Assembly (NCBI GenBank): GCA_013265495.1
Contig: MU058687.1
Span: 2,854,001 to 2,918,000 of the forward strand
Direction of reading: 5' to 3'
Source: Vicugna vicugna
Taxonomy: Eukaryota
DNA: 64,000 bases
The notes below the pieces were generated by a model that saw only the letters and a program-made list of their open reading frames with translations, ran no database searches and was not told where the DNA came from. The position numbers and the translations under genes were made by a program. Below are positions 11,904 to 23,299 of this stretch, piece by piece. Every line of letters starts with the position of its first letter. The first letter of the stretch is position 1.

Positions 11904-12549
11904 CCTCGATTACATTCCTAAGGGGCCCAGGGTGAGACGAAGACTTACTGAGCTGTCCAGGGGCGCCATAGGGCCCTCCGCCGGCGCTGTCTGCTCGTTC
12001 TACTCCATGCAAATCCATGTCCCTCGGATCACCCCTCCTTTCGTCCCTAATCCATGACCAAGCAGGGGCCCCGGGGTCAGGCACAAGGAGGACGAGGTCC
12101 GGACTTGTTCTCAGTCTGAAGGGGTCAGGGCAGGAGACTAGGGGCTCTGCTCCTTTATGGCAGCGAAAACGCGCCCAGGTTTGGGATTTCTTTTTCAGCC
12201 CCCACCCCCACCCCCACCCCCAGGAGGAGAAAGCGGAAGATGTGAAGTGAGGACAGATAGAAATGACCTACTGGGAGTTCTGTTTCACCTCCCGTTTCTC
12301 CGCGCCCTCCCCCCACCCCCAATCTTGGGCAATACTCAGGGACCTTACCGGTAACCCAAAACGCTTTTGGGGAATGTGTGCTTACGGGTCGCGTGATGTT
12401 TGCTTGTGTGTGGGGGGGGGTGTTCCTGGTGTGTGATTCTGTATGTGTAATCTGTGTACGCCTGGGTATCTGTGTTGGTGTGTGTGTGTATCTGTGTGTA
12501 CACATACGCACCCGCTGCCACCTGGCTTTTTAGAAGAATCAATTACAAC

Positions 12550-14050
12550 AATCGATACAGTCACACAAGCGCTTAGGCAATGGATGGGATGGTGGGGAGC
12601 GCAGCCGAAATACCAGGGTCAGCCGGTCCTGGTTAGCCCATGTCGCCGACTCTGGCTGCCCTGGCTATTTATTTGCAAAAAGCGTTTTCATTTGAGGCGA
12701 CGAAATTAAAATCCCCTCTTAGCGCCTGCCTCCCGCCCTCCTGGAGCTAGAAACCCAAACAACCCTGATGGCGCTGAAACCCTTTCGATGCCAATATGCT
12801 CGCCCTGGGCGCAGGAGTGGATGCTTGGCCAAACTTCCAGCGGATCGACCCCTAGCCACCTAGCACAGCCCCCACCACATAGTCATTCCACTCAGCCCTC
12901 CTCCTCCCCCACAGCTCTGGTTCCTGACCAGCTTCGGAAGTCACCGAGAAATAAGATTCCAGGCGCCCACGAGAACTTTTCCGGGGGCTAAGGAGTAGGA
13001 GATCCCAAAGAGAGAGAAAAGTTCTGGGAAGGCTGCTGCACCCAGGATGGGTGAATGCCACGAGGCCTCCGTCCAGGCTGTCCCGTCCCGATTGGGTGAC
13101 TGATCACCTTGGAGTCCCCTTTGCAGGTGCCAGTGCCCCAGGGGACTCACGGCCGCAGTGGGAATGCGGGCCTCTCTCCGCCGCAGGGGTTTAGCGCAGG
13201 GCACGCCCGGGGGTGGTCGCTGGGGACTCCGCACTGCCTCCCGCCAGGCGCTCCTGGGGACAGCAGCGGCGCTGCCCACCCCGGAGAGCCGGCAGTCCAG
13301 GCTCCGGAGAAGCTTGTCTTCCCCACGCCGGTCGCCAGGGGGGCCGCGGGAGCAGCCTCCAGATGCGCCGCGGCGCCTAGAAGGCGAAGGACAGGCTGGA
13401 GGAGTGAGGGGCGCACGGCGGGCGGCCCGCAGCCCGGGCCCAGAGCGGGAGAAGCGACAGCGGATACCGCCCGGGCGACCCTGGGGTGCGGGGAGCTGTC
13501 CATTCAGCACTGGCGCCGGCCTCGCCCACGGCGGAGGGCGGCACAGCCGGAACCCTAGCGAGACAGGCAGCGCCGGCAGCCGGCGAGCTGCTCGGCCACC
13601 GCCTCCTGGACGCCCGGGAAGCCGCCCCCCGCGCCGCCGCCGCTGCCGCCACAGCCACACACACCGCTACAGAGGGGTGAGGAAACGAACTCACCAAGCT
13701 CTGGTCGCAGACAAGAGGAGCCTTGGACGCCGGCTCTCGCCCTCCTCGAGGCTGCAAAGTTGTGGGCTCGGCCCTGCTGGCTCGCAGTCTCCTCACGCTT
13801 CGCTTCGGGGACTGGGCAGGTAGCGGGAGTGTGGGGAGGAGGGAGCGGGCAGCTGCCGTCCTCCCACTTGGGCGCCAGCGAGTGGGGGCCAGGAGGCGGC
13901 GGGGACGGCAGCTGGGCACCCCCCAGGCCCGTCAACCCTCCTTCCCCTCCTTCCCCTCCTTCCCCTCCTGGGGGCGGCGCTCTGGCCACCCCTCTCAACA
14001 TCGTGGACTTGCCCCCCCCTTCTTCGTTCCTTTGAAGCGGGCTGGGGCTC
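12550..14050. promoter_or_regulatory. CpG island / ZDHHC22 promoter
   Basis: Very high GC and CpG density (core 13060-14040), GCC-rich run at 13632-13650, contains exon 1. Confidence 0.9.
13695..13850 (-). other. ZDHHC22: ZDHHC22 non-coding exon 1 (5' end approximate)
   Basis: Strong donor CTTG|gtgagt (plus strand actcac 13689-13694) inside the CpG island, ~1.8 kb upstream of the exon 2 acceptor. No ATG on the minus strand between 13695 and 13998. The TSS cannot be fixed from sequence. Confidence 0.7.
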
Positions 14051-14254
14051 CCTGCCTGACTTCAGCCACTGGTTCCAGCTGAGGGCTCTGGATTCTACCA
14101 TGATGTGGATGCTCTAACCATCATCTACTCCTTCCCTCCTCATTGTGACTGACACCCCTTCCTGCATTCTGCTTTCCAACTGAGGAAAACCTGGGGGTTT
14201 AGGAGCTCAGCTTGCCAGGGGCAACACCCATAAAGATCATCGTCATTGTGCACA

Positions 14255-14640
14255 GAGGGGTTGAGAGCCTCAACTCTGGAGCCTGTCTGCCTGGGTCTGA
14301 ATATCCATCATTCACTACGGTGTGATCTTCAGATTCTAGTTTCCCCATCTGTAAAAGAGATTGTGAGGATTCTATGACAATATATGTAAAGCCCTTAAAG
14401 AGGGCCTGCCCATGGTGAGCACCGTTTGAGCATTAGATTATAATTATTGACTCTATTAATTGGGCTCTTACTACAAACCAGGCACTGTGCTAAGCCTTTA
14501 GCATAAGACAGAGTTTTTAATCCTTTCAGCAGAAGCTCAAGGATCCCCATTGTACAGATGAGGAGGTTGAAGCACAGAGAAGCTAAGTCACATGCCCAAG
14601 GACGTACAGTGGGTAAGTGACAGAGCCTGGATTTGAACTA
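14255..14640. mobile_element. Two MIRs in opposite orientation upstream of the ZDHHC22 promoter
   Basis: Plus copy ~14255-14440 (agtttccccatctgtaaaa); minus copy ~14460-14640 (ccccattgtacagatgagga...gcacagaga). Confidence 0.75.
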
Positions 14641-17600
14641 ATGCACCAGCTCTCAGCCTCTTCTCAACCCAGCATCACCCTGAGAACCAGGCGTAGCTTT
14701 GATTTGGGAGGACAACATAGCAGTTTATCTAGACACAGAACTCGAACAGCTCGAACCAGGAGCTTTTGCCTAGAGTCCAGCCCCCATTTCCCTTTTCCTA
14801 TTTCCTTTCTTTCTCTGACCCCACTAGTATAAGGTGGGTACCAAGAGTCACCAAGAGGGTGGGAACAGTTGTCCAGTGTATGTCAAATGGAGGTTGGGGG
14901 GAGCAGAGAGAGCTTTAGAACCACTGTAGGAATATTGGTGCCACCACTACCTCAGTTTCCTGGCTGTCAGAGCTCACTTACCTGCCCTGTTCCACTCCTC
15001 TGGGTGAAGGCAAACATCATAAATAAATAATTATTCATTGCTTTCTCAACTGGTTGATGTAAGACAAGAGCAAACCCTTATAATGAAGACCATATGCTTA
15101 TCAGCTCGGCCTATATTTTAGAATTATCAAATACTGTTTTCTCTGTATTTTATCAGTGTACATCAAAATAAAAAAGGGGCTGGGAAACCTTTCCATATTC
15201 TGAAAGGAGCCTACATATAAGCAAAGGAAGAGTCTGCTAGGTGTTGGCCTCTAGGAATCTGGTAGCCCTCTGAGTTCCAGTGGCCACAGGGCAGACGTAG
15301 GAAAGCCCAAATTGCCTTTTTCCCTTCAGAGCCTCTTTGTGTCAAGATCATGGCTGTCTGGACCCTTTTCACAAGCTCTGCCTGCCTCTCACAAAGGCTT
15401 GGGAGGGAGGGAGTGGAGCACTTGGTATTGATTGAAGATCTCCATTCCCTAAATACCTTGAGAGTCGGGTGGTATTTCTAATTTTATTTTGCATATGGGT
15501 GTGTGGTGGGAAGGTGTGTGTCTGAATTTGTGTGTGTGTGAGGAGAGGGAAAGAGAGAGAGAAAGGAGAAGCTAAAGGAACGTGGGAAGGTATTGGTGGG
15601 GGAAGGGAGTATTCAACCAGGAAAGAGACAGAGATCTGGCCTTGGAAATACAAATGGACAGGAACAATTATTTATTTAGAAATAGAATTTACTAACAGAG
15701 AAGTGCACTAAAGCTTCAGATCTAGAGCTAATAGTTCTCCAGTGCCCTCCCATCCCCACCCCAGGTGAATTGAGCAAGAGAAAGTACAGCCAAATGTTAT
15801 TTTGTTTTTCTAAAATGGGTGACTATACCTGACAAAATCAACAGAGAAGTCAATTTGAAAACTTCAATTCTGGGTCTGTCAGAATTAAGCGGATTGAAAA
15901 CAGACACTTTATTGCCACTTACCAGCTGTAGGACCTTGAACAAGTCACTTAACCTCTCTACTCTCAGTATTCTCATCCATAAAATGGGATGAAGATGTTA
16001 CCTTGTGGTGATGATGATCAAATGGGATAACCTGAGTACCCTAGTCCGGGCAGGAGATTGGACAGTGTTAGCTTCTTCCTCCTTCTACCTCTCTTTTGGT
16101 TCCTTATCTTTATCCACAAGAATGTCTTATCTTTCCAATCAAAATGAGAGTTCCTGGTAGTTCCTATGTTGGAAATATTTTGGGGTCTCCTCCATATCTC
16201 CCAACATGATGATTTGCCCAGAAGAGACACTGAGCAAAGGGTCTCACTGACGAGTTGATACTGGTCTCTGTCTGAGAGAAAAAGTTATGTTCCAAGGTCT
16301 TTGAAATGTCTGGTGAGGACACATTTCCCATTGATCTTGCATCCTTCCACCACCCACCACAACTACAATCTCATCCTCCCTAAACAGTGTCAGGAAATAA
16401 TTTATGAAAGCACACTCTCCATCGCCCTTGTCATATATTCTCATAGTTGAGCTATGACTGTACCTGCAGGCAGTCCCAAGGGGGCAGGGACACAGACAGG
16501 CATCTGATTACTGTTGAGCACTTTCCCAGAAATATGTGCCACAAATCTTGCTATTTGGTGATGTTATGTGAATAAAATGAATTCCTTCCCTGTTGGCAAT
16601 CATTCTGTTTTGCCCCAAAATGTTGTGAACCAAGAGAAGAACTGTATGCAGCAAGCAGCTTGGGTGGGGAACTCCACACATGTCTGTCTGGCCCTATCAC
16701 TCCCCAAGTATTTGGGATGGAGAACATTCCAAGATGCAAGAGCCACACTTAAGGAGGATGTGGAGGGGGGTTTTCCTTCATTCTCATGCTCTTATTTCAG
16801 ATTGATCAGTATGAAGATAGTCTAGTGTCTCAAGGTTAACTGATGCCCTGAAATTAAGATTTTAATAGACATCCCCAGACAGGATGCTCTTACTGCAGAT
16901 AGCAAGTGATAGCCAGAGGCAACCACAAAGTGCTCCCCAAGTCTCAGAAGGTTTAGTGAGACGCCATCCCAGCCTGGCTGGGTTCAGAAAACATATAGGT
17001 ATAACCTTCGTCTTAGCCAACCGAATACATGAAAATTGGATTACCACAGAACTTCTACTTGGAGATGGTAATTTACTCAGCCAAGTGCATCTTCATTTTA
17101 ACAATAACATTACTTTGATGTAATAAAGTGCTTTGCAGTTTACAAAACACATCCACAGAATTAAAATTTCATTTCACAAGTCTCTCAACAGCCCTGTAAG
17201 ATAGCTGGGGAAAAAATTATTAAACCCATTTTTCTTATGCGGAAACTGAGGTTCAGGGATTTGCTGTTTGTTAATTTGCAAGCCTTGCCTATGTTTGATT
17301 TAAAATGTGACTTAGTATGTAAAGATCTCACTGACACTTAATTTTTCTGACTTAATTTTTCTGAAACATGTCACTTGAGTAAAGGAAGCAGGTATATAAC
17401 ACACTCCTTCAGAATAAAAGACCTGCATAATCTCTCTTTACATAAGATATTTATGTAAAATTACATAAATAAAGTGAGCCTGCAGCACATTAATCAAATT
17501 CTCTCAAGTGTTCTGCTGTTTGTGGTGCTGGAGAGTCTGTATGTGATTGGAGCCAGTGATGCTCATCATCCCAGACCACATGTCGAGGTAGAAACAGCAG

Positions 17601-18589
17601 GTCTGAATGTCACCCTCTGGGTGACAGGTAAGCTCAGCAGTCTCCCTGGTTTTTGATGCATGAAGGTGGAAACCTTGGCTTGGCTTGGCAGAGGCTCCTT
17701 TGAAGTGTTCAGGCTGTGGAAAAACAAATGCGATCTTTTACCAATTAGCCATGGTTTCCAGGGACCGCTTGGGCAGTCCTGGTAGGCATGCCTATGCCTG
17801 TGGACCAGAACATAGCTCAGCAGAGGTAGTGGCAGCAAGATTAATTGGTCCTTTTGTCTCAGAGCATGCAGGAGGCAGAGGGAAGAGAAAGAGGGGGTAC
17901 GGGGAGGGAAAAGAAGAAGAAGTAGAAAGCAGAGTGGAGAAGAGGGAAAAGGAGAGAGGAAAGAAAAGGAAAAAGGGGCTGAGAGAATAGATACCCGTCT
18001 GTCTGACACAAGCTCGGTTTATGTCTTCATGATGGGGGAGGCTCAGCAGGCACAGGGGCAGATCAACTGTCTCTGTGGAGAGCACTGCAATGCCAGGTGT
18101 CCAGGATGAGAGGGAGTGAGGCAGAAGGTTGACAACTCAATTAGAGGAGGGTTGGTGGAGGGGAGAGTGAGGTCACTGCAGTGCCCTCGTCTGTTCGTAG
18201 GACTCTTGGATATGTTGTTCTGGCCGCAGAGCAGGAGGTAGCCCAGACCTCACACCCTCGAACCCTGCTGCCTCCATCTTCCCACTGCTCCAGCAGAGAT
18301 GGCCCAGGGCCTGGTGTGGTGTGATGGAAAAAGCACGAGCTTTTGGTGTGAGCTTTAAGTGTCTGCTGACTTGGGCTTGAATCCTTGTTTTCCCATGCAC
18401 TTGCTATATGACCTTGAGCAAGTTCCTGAGCCTTTGAGCTGCATATACCCTGTCCCTCAAATGGGGATTTTAACAAACCTAGCAGCGTTTGTTGTGAATT
18501 TCAAATGACATAGATAGCACCTACCTGCCTTTTCTACTGAAATAGTCCCCCAGCTACTAACCACCAAATAATCCTGCTTGCTACATAGT

Positions 18590-18772
18590 GCCTGCTGCTT
18601 CTGTGATGATCTGGTTTGTTTGTATGCTTATTTTCTGGTTTATTGTCTCTTTCCATCTGATAAACTGTAAACCCCTAAGGGCAGGGACTCACCTGTTAAC
18701 TTTGTTTCTGTAGCCTAGACCCAGCACAGAGTCTGGCACACAGTGAATGCTCAATAAATGTTAGAATGAATC
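18590..18772 (+). mobile_element. L2 3' end
   Basis: actgtaaacccctaagggcagggac...tggcacacagtgaatgctcaataaatgttagaatgaat. Confidence 0.8.
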
Positions 18773-19519
18773 AGAAAGAGTCTTGGGAGAAAAGGGGGCC
18801 TATTCGGGTGTGAACATCTATACTTTGATTGTGGTAGTATTTACTACATTTGTCAAAACTTATAGAAATGTACCCTTGAAGATGGTGGACGTTACTGTAT
18901 GTGAACTATACCTCAATATCTGACCTTTAAAAATAGACTAGAGGGAGTAATGGATAAATGGAATTCCACTAAAAAGATTCATATTTACTGACACCTATTA
19001 TGTGCCTGGCTGATAGGAGGCCAGGTGCCTTCATGTTAGTTATTCCATTTAATCCTTACAGCACTGCTGCCTAATGAAAGTCTCATTCTACCTATTTTGT
19101 AGAGGGGGAGATGGAGGCTCAGAGTGGTTATGAGATTTGCCAAGATTGCAAAGCTTGTTGGCAATCTTCAGGTCACTTGATTCCAATGCCCAAGCCTCAC
19201 CTAGTGTGACTCCTTCTGAGTTTCTCACATCTAAACCCTCACACTGACACAGACGTAAAGAGCTTGCTTTTCTTATGTAGAGGGAACACATTATGCTGAT
19301 GTTCTTCTGATTTCTTACACGTTAGCATGAATTAGCCAGCCAGAATCTTTTCTCAGTGAAACAGGGTGTAGAGAGAATGAGTTTTCTGCTGGAGATGGGG
19401 AATAGGGTGGGATGGGGACTAGAGCTAACATAACGAGGCCAGCAGTAGAGGATGGAAATGTCAGCTGAGACCAGAGTAAAAAGGAGCCAAAGGAGAGGGT
19501 CCAGGAGAGCAGCCAGAGG

Positions 19520-19745
19520 ACAGACTCTGGGGCCAGATGATCTAGGCTCAGATTTCAGTTCCATGGGTCACTCATGTGACCTTAGGCAAGTTAGTCAACC
19601 TCTCTGTGCCTCAGGCTCCTGATTTGTAAAACAAAGTTAATTCTCACTTTATGGGATTATTATATTGATTAAACAAGATAACATCTGTAAAGTGCTTAAA
19701 GAGTGGCTGGCATAGAAGTATTAAATAAATGATAGCTATTGTAAT
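19520..19745 (+). mobile_element. MIR SINE
   Basis: tgtgaccttaggcaagtta...aacctctctgtgcctcag...tgtaaagtgctta. Confidence 0.8.
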
Positions 19746-19754
19746 TAATTAATA

Positions 19755-20190
19755 TTAGGTTCTATGACATGTGACAGAAACCCCAAGAAAACATTGGTTT
19801 AAACTAAGATGGAAATTTACTCCACTCTTACGTCGATGAAGCTTAAAGGAGCAGTCCAAGGCTGCTATGGAGACTCATTATCATATGCCCAGTCTCTTTC
19901 TACCATGTTGCTTCATTATCCCCAGCATCTTTCCTCATGGTCCAGAATGGTTGCTTCTGCCCCAGCCATCATATCCATACTCCAACCAGCAAGGAGAAAA
20001 GGAGAAAGGACATCCCTGCTCTTTAAGGACACTTCCTGAAAGTTGCATACAACACATCCACTTAGCTCTCATCACCCAGAACTTAGTCACATAGCCACAC
20101 CTATCTACAGGTAGCCAGGTAACCAGCTAAAATTTGTGTGTTGTACTGATAAAGAGGAAAAGGAAAATTAATCTGGGGGACAATCCTGGA
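19755..20190 (-). mobile_element. MaLR LTR (MLT1J-like)
   Basis: atggttgct...ccagccatcatatcc...cttagtcacatagccacacct pattern of MLT1 antisense. Confidence 0.7.
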
Positions 20191-20895
20191 GTTTTTTTTT
20201 TTTCTCCTATGGAAAAGTTTAGACATATTCAAGTTATTTATCCCCCCAAGTTTCAGGACAGATGCAAGATTTTCCTGGCACTTCCAGCCTCTCTGAGATT
20301 CCAGTTCCTCATTGGTCAAATCGAGGTACTACCCCTGCCATTTCCCACCCTCCCACAGACCCTTGCCTTCCTCTTGGCATTTCTCTTCACAGAAACAGGC
20401 CCAGGAAAGGCAGCTCCAGCCTGCCAAAGCCTTGACCTCAAATGAGCATGGACAGTGAGCATGACAGGCAGCTGTAGTCAGTGTCCTGGACCATCTGGCC
20501 AGCTCAGCAAGCTTGAAATCTGGCCCTGGATGAAATAGAAAAAGGAGACAGAAAAGATGCATTTTAAATATTTTTTATTTTAAAAAATCATAAGAGTAAC
20601 GTGTACTATAAGAAAACACACAAAAAACGTCGTTAAAAATAAAGCAGAAATCCTTTAATCCTCAACCCAGAGATAATCACCACTAACATTTTGTATGTTT
20701 CTTTCAGTCTTTTGTCTATTCAGATTTTTTCCCCCTTAATTACAAATTTGGGCTCACAACTTCATCCTCTTTTATAACCAGAATTTAAAATTCAGCATTA
20801 ATTATACAGTCCTTCTACGCTGATAAATACATTTCCCCAACATCATTTTCAATGGACAGCTTGTATGTCTGTCTTACAGAAGGTACACAGTTTAG

Positions 20896-22239
20896 TAGGG
20901 ATGCACCACAATTTGGCTTTGACCTTAGTATCTGGTTAAAATAGGCTCTTTGGCTTCATCTTCAGCCTTGGTCTTTGAAAGGCTGAATTGCAAAGTTCAG
21001 ACTTTAGCATCATTCCTAGGTTCCCTGGACTTGTGAATGACCCCTGAGCCTGTGATCATGTTATATAACCTTTGCATCCAAGAAGCAAAATAATCTCCAT
21101 TATACACACATGGCATGTCATTTGGCTTTACTGTTAGTAATCACTTTCAAATAGAGATAACCTTCTGGATGCAACTTGTAATGAATATCTTCTTTGGGGC
21201 TCTATTTGTTGAAATTCTATCAGCCAGTTAATAAAGGTATGTTTATTGTTGGAAAAGTAAAATGCTGATCACTCATGGTAAGTATAAACATGGCCCCCTT
21301 TTTTGGACAGAAAAAATTATTAAGCATTTCAAGTGTTAAAATACAGAAGGAAACATTGATAGCTAATACAAATATAGAGAAAGCATATCAGCCAGATACT
21401 TTTAGAAGACACTTTTTGAGGCAACAGCAATAAAACATGAAACTAACAATATGAAGCAGAATAATAGATATTAGATTATATCTTTGTTCTAATCTTTGTA
21501 GAATTGTTCAGGACACTAGCATTTGTAACATTAAACAAAAGAATCTTTAAAAATGTAGTCAATTTTTAGGTACTTTATTCTACTCAGAGCACAAATCTTT
21601 AATTAAAAGCCCTTTGTATAATTATTTATAACTTGTAAACCTAAACTAAAAACAGAATGTCCGGGGAGGGTATAGCTCAAGTGTTAGAATGAATAAGGTC
21701 CTGGTTTCAATCCCCAGTACCTCCATTTAAAAAAAAAAAGGCTGATTTTTTAAAAAACACAGAATGTCAACCAACCTCCCAATTTCATGAGGAAGCAAAA
21801 CTCTAAAATGCTGTGTAACAATATCCATGGTAAATCATATTTGACCCAACATGAGAAGAAATATAAGGAAAATAAAGAAAAGGAGAAATTATCAGAACCA
21901 GTGAGGCTCACCTCCTCCGCCATCCTCAGTTGAAAGTGAGCATCAATTTATTAATGCAAATGTGTGTAAGATCTAGTAAGAGAGCAAGCTGACTACTGCT
22001 AGCACTAGGAAAGTGTTGTTCTTGCACTATAATGTGACACTATTGAGCACTGACAATGAAGTTCATTAATAATGAAATTATCATTACAAACAATCTCTGA
22101 TAAAATTTTAGACGTACTCTTTATTGAAGATGTTTGTTCCATGAAGGTCATATGAGGCATTGGCCTGGGCTTTAGCTGAATAGTGCTCATCCTGGCCATC
22201 TGGCACTCAGCCAGAGCGTGTGTTTTGAGTGCATCTCTA
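20896..22239. mobile_element. hAT-type DNA transposon derivative (~1.34 kb)
   Basis: Terminal inverted repeats TAGGGATGCAC (20896-20906) and GTGCATCTCTA (22229-22239); flanks agtttag / actttag; AT-rich interior. Confidence 0.6.
21662..21758 (+). mobile_element. Camelid tRNA-derived SINE (Vic-1-like), internally deleted
   Basis: GGGGAGGGTATAGCTCAAGTG...GGTCCTGGTTTCAATCCCCAGTACCTCC plus A tail; TSD ACAGAATGTC (21652-21661 and 21759-21768). Confidence 0.85.
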
Positions 22240-22449
22240 ACTTTAGATTATTTTCAATTTCTCACTATTATTAGTAACATTGCAATGAATGTCCTAGCAC
22301 AAACAACTCTGTGGGGCTCTATGATTATTTCCTTGGCTGAATTCCTAGAAGTGGAGTGGCTGGGTCAAAAGGATCCCTATTGCCAAACTACCCCAGAAAG
22401 TTTGTACCAGTGCCCCTTCCATAAAATACTTTAAATGTGATGTCTGTAT

Positions 22450-22570
22450 TATCCAGTGCTGCACCTTCCAGGCTGGTAGCCATGAGCCACAAGTGACCAT
22501 TTAAATTGAATGAGATGTTCAGTTCCTTAGTCACATTAGCCACGTTTTCTGTGTCCAGTGGCCACGTGAG
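22450..22570. mobile_element. MER3/MER33-like hAT-Charlie fragment
   Basis: ggtagccatgagccacaagtg...ttcagttccttagtcacattagccac...gtggccacgtg. Confidence 0.7.
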
Positions 22571-22802
22571 CAGGGAGAGATTGTCTCCTGGCTCCCCATC
22601 AGCTATGGCACCTGTATCCCCAACCTCCCACAGCGGTTGGCAGTTGGGTGGTTGAGAGTAGCATCTTTTGGACAACTCCAAACCCTCCTGGAACCCACCA
22701 TTGCGATCATAGCTATACTTTCTTTGAGGCTTATCTTGTTTCTCACATTATGGTAGACTCTTGGGTACTTCTTGCATTTTAATCCTCAGAACGATGGTTC
22801 TT

Positions 22803-22854
22803 TAACACAACATTGTAAAACAACTATACTGCAATAATAAAAAAAATTTAAAAA
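22803..22854 (+). mobile_element. Severely 5'-truncated L1 3' stub
   Basis: aacacaacattgtaaaacaactatactgcaataataaaaaa; imperfect TSD agaa(c/t)gatggt at 22788 and 22855. Confidence 0.7.
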
Positions 22855-23273
22855 AGAATGATGGTCTTAGTACATATTACTGGCCTCATTTTATAGATGA
22901 GGAAACTGGAGCTCAAGGGTTGGGTGGCCCTGCTCCCAGCCTTAATAGAAGCGTCCAGAGGCTGGCCAAGCAGCAGACTGAAAGCCTTTTCCTGCAGGTA
23001 AATGAAACTATAATCTCCAATCCCCATTATAACCAACAGTTCAGCGCCCCCAGAGGCCATCAGGGTTCCCAAGCCCCCCTACCTGCATCCATTTCCAGCC
23101 AGGGCTTGAAGTTGGAAGAAAGGTGAAAGGCAGAGCCGACTGAAAGCCACTGTACTCTGGGCTGGGCTCTATGCAGGGCACTTTACATGCACGCACATCC
23201 ATCACTTCTTGGTCATTTCTGAAGGAAACTGAGCCAAATCCTCTGTTATCCCCGAGTAAGCTGCCTGTCTGTC

Positions 23274-23299
23274 GTGTGTGTGTGTGTGTGTGTGTGTGT
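23274..23299. repeat. (GT)13 microsatellite
   Basis: Directly visible. Confidence 0.95.

Larger units (their letters stand above)
20560..22400 (-). mobile_element. Old L1M(E) 3' region interrupted by a hAT element
   Basis: L1 antisense motifs on both sides: cattttcaatgg...gtacacagttta, and ttagattattttcaa...attgcaatgaatgtcc...ttcctagaagtgga...gctgggtcaaaagg. Confidence 0.65.

Noticed and set aside
12343..12356. Palindromic TTACCGGTAA giving donor-like sites on both strands in intron 1
   Set aside because: No matching acceptor or other evidence for an alternative exon.
12941..14101. Many overlapping 100-240 aa Arg/Pro/Gly/Ala-rich ORFs on both strands
   Set aside because: Expected from stop-codon scarcity in a CpG island; low complexity, no recognisable domain, mostly non-ATG starts.
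21663..21725. tRNA gene-like sequences (also near 31945-32020 and 59250-59322)
   Set aside because: A-rich tails, TSDs and broken cloverleaves identify them as tRNA-derived SINEs.
23043..23060. CTCF-like GCCTCTGGGGGCGC on the minus strand
   Set aside because: Mismatches at several high-information core positions.
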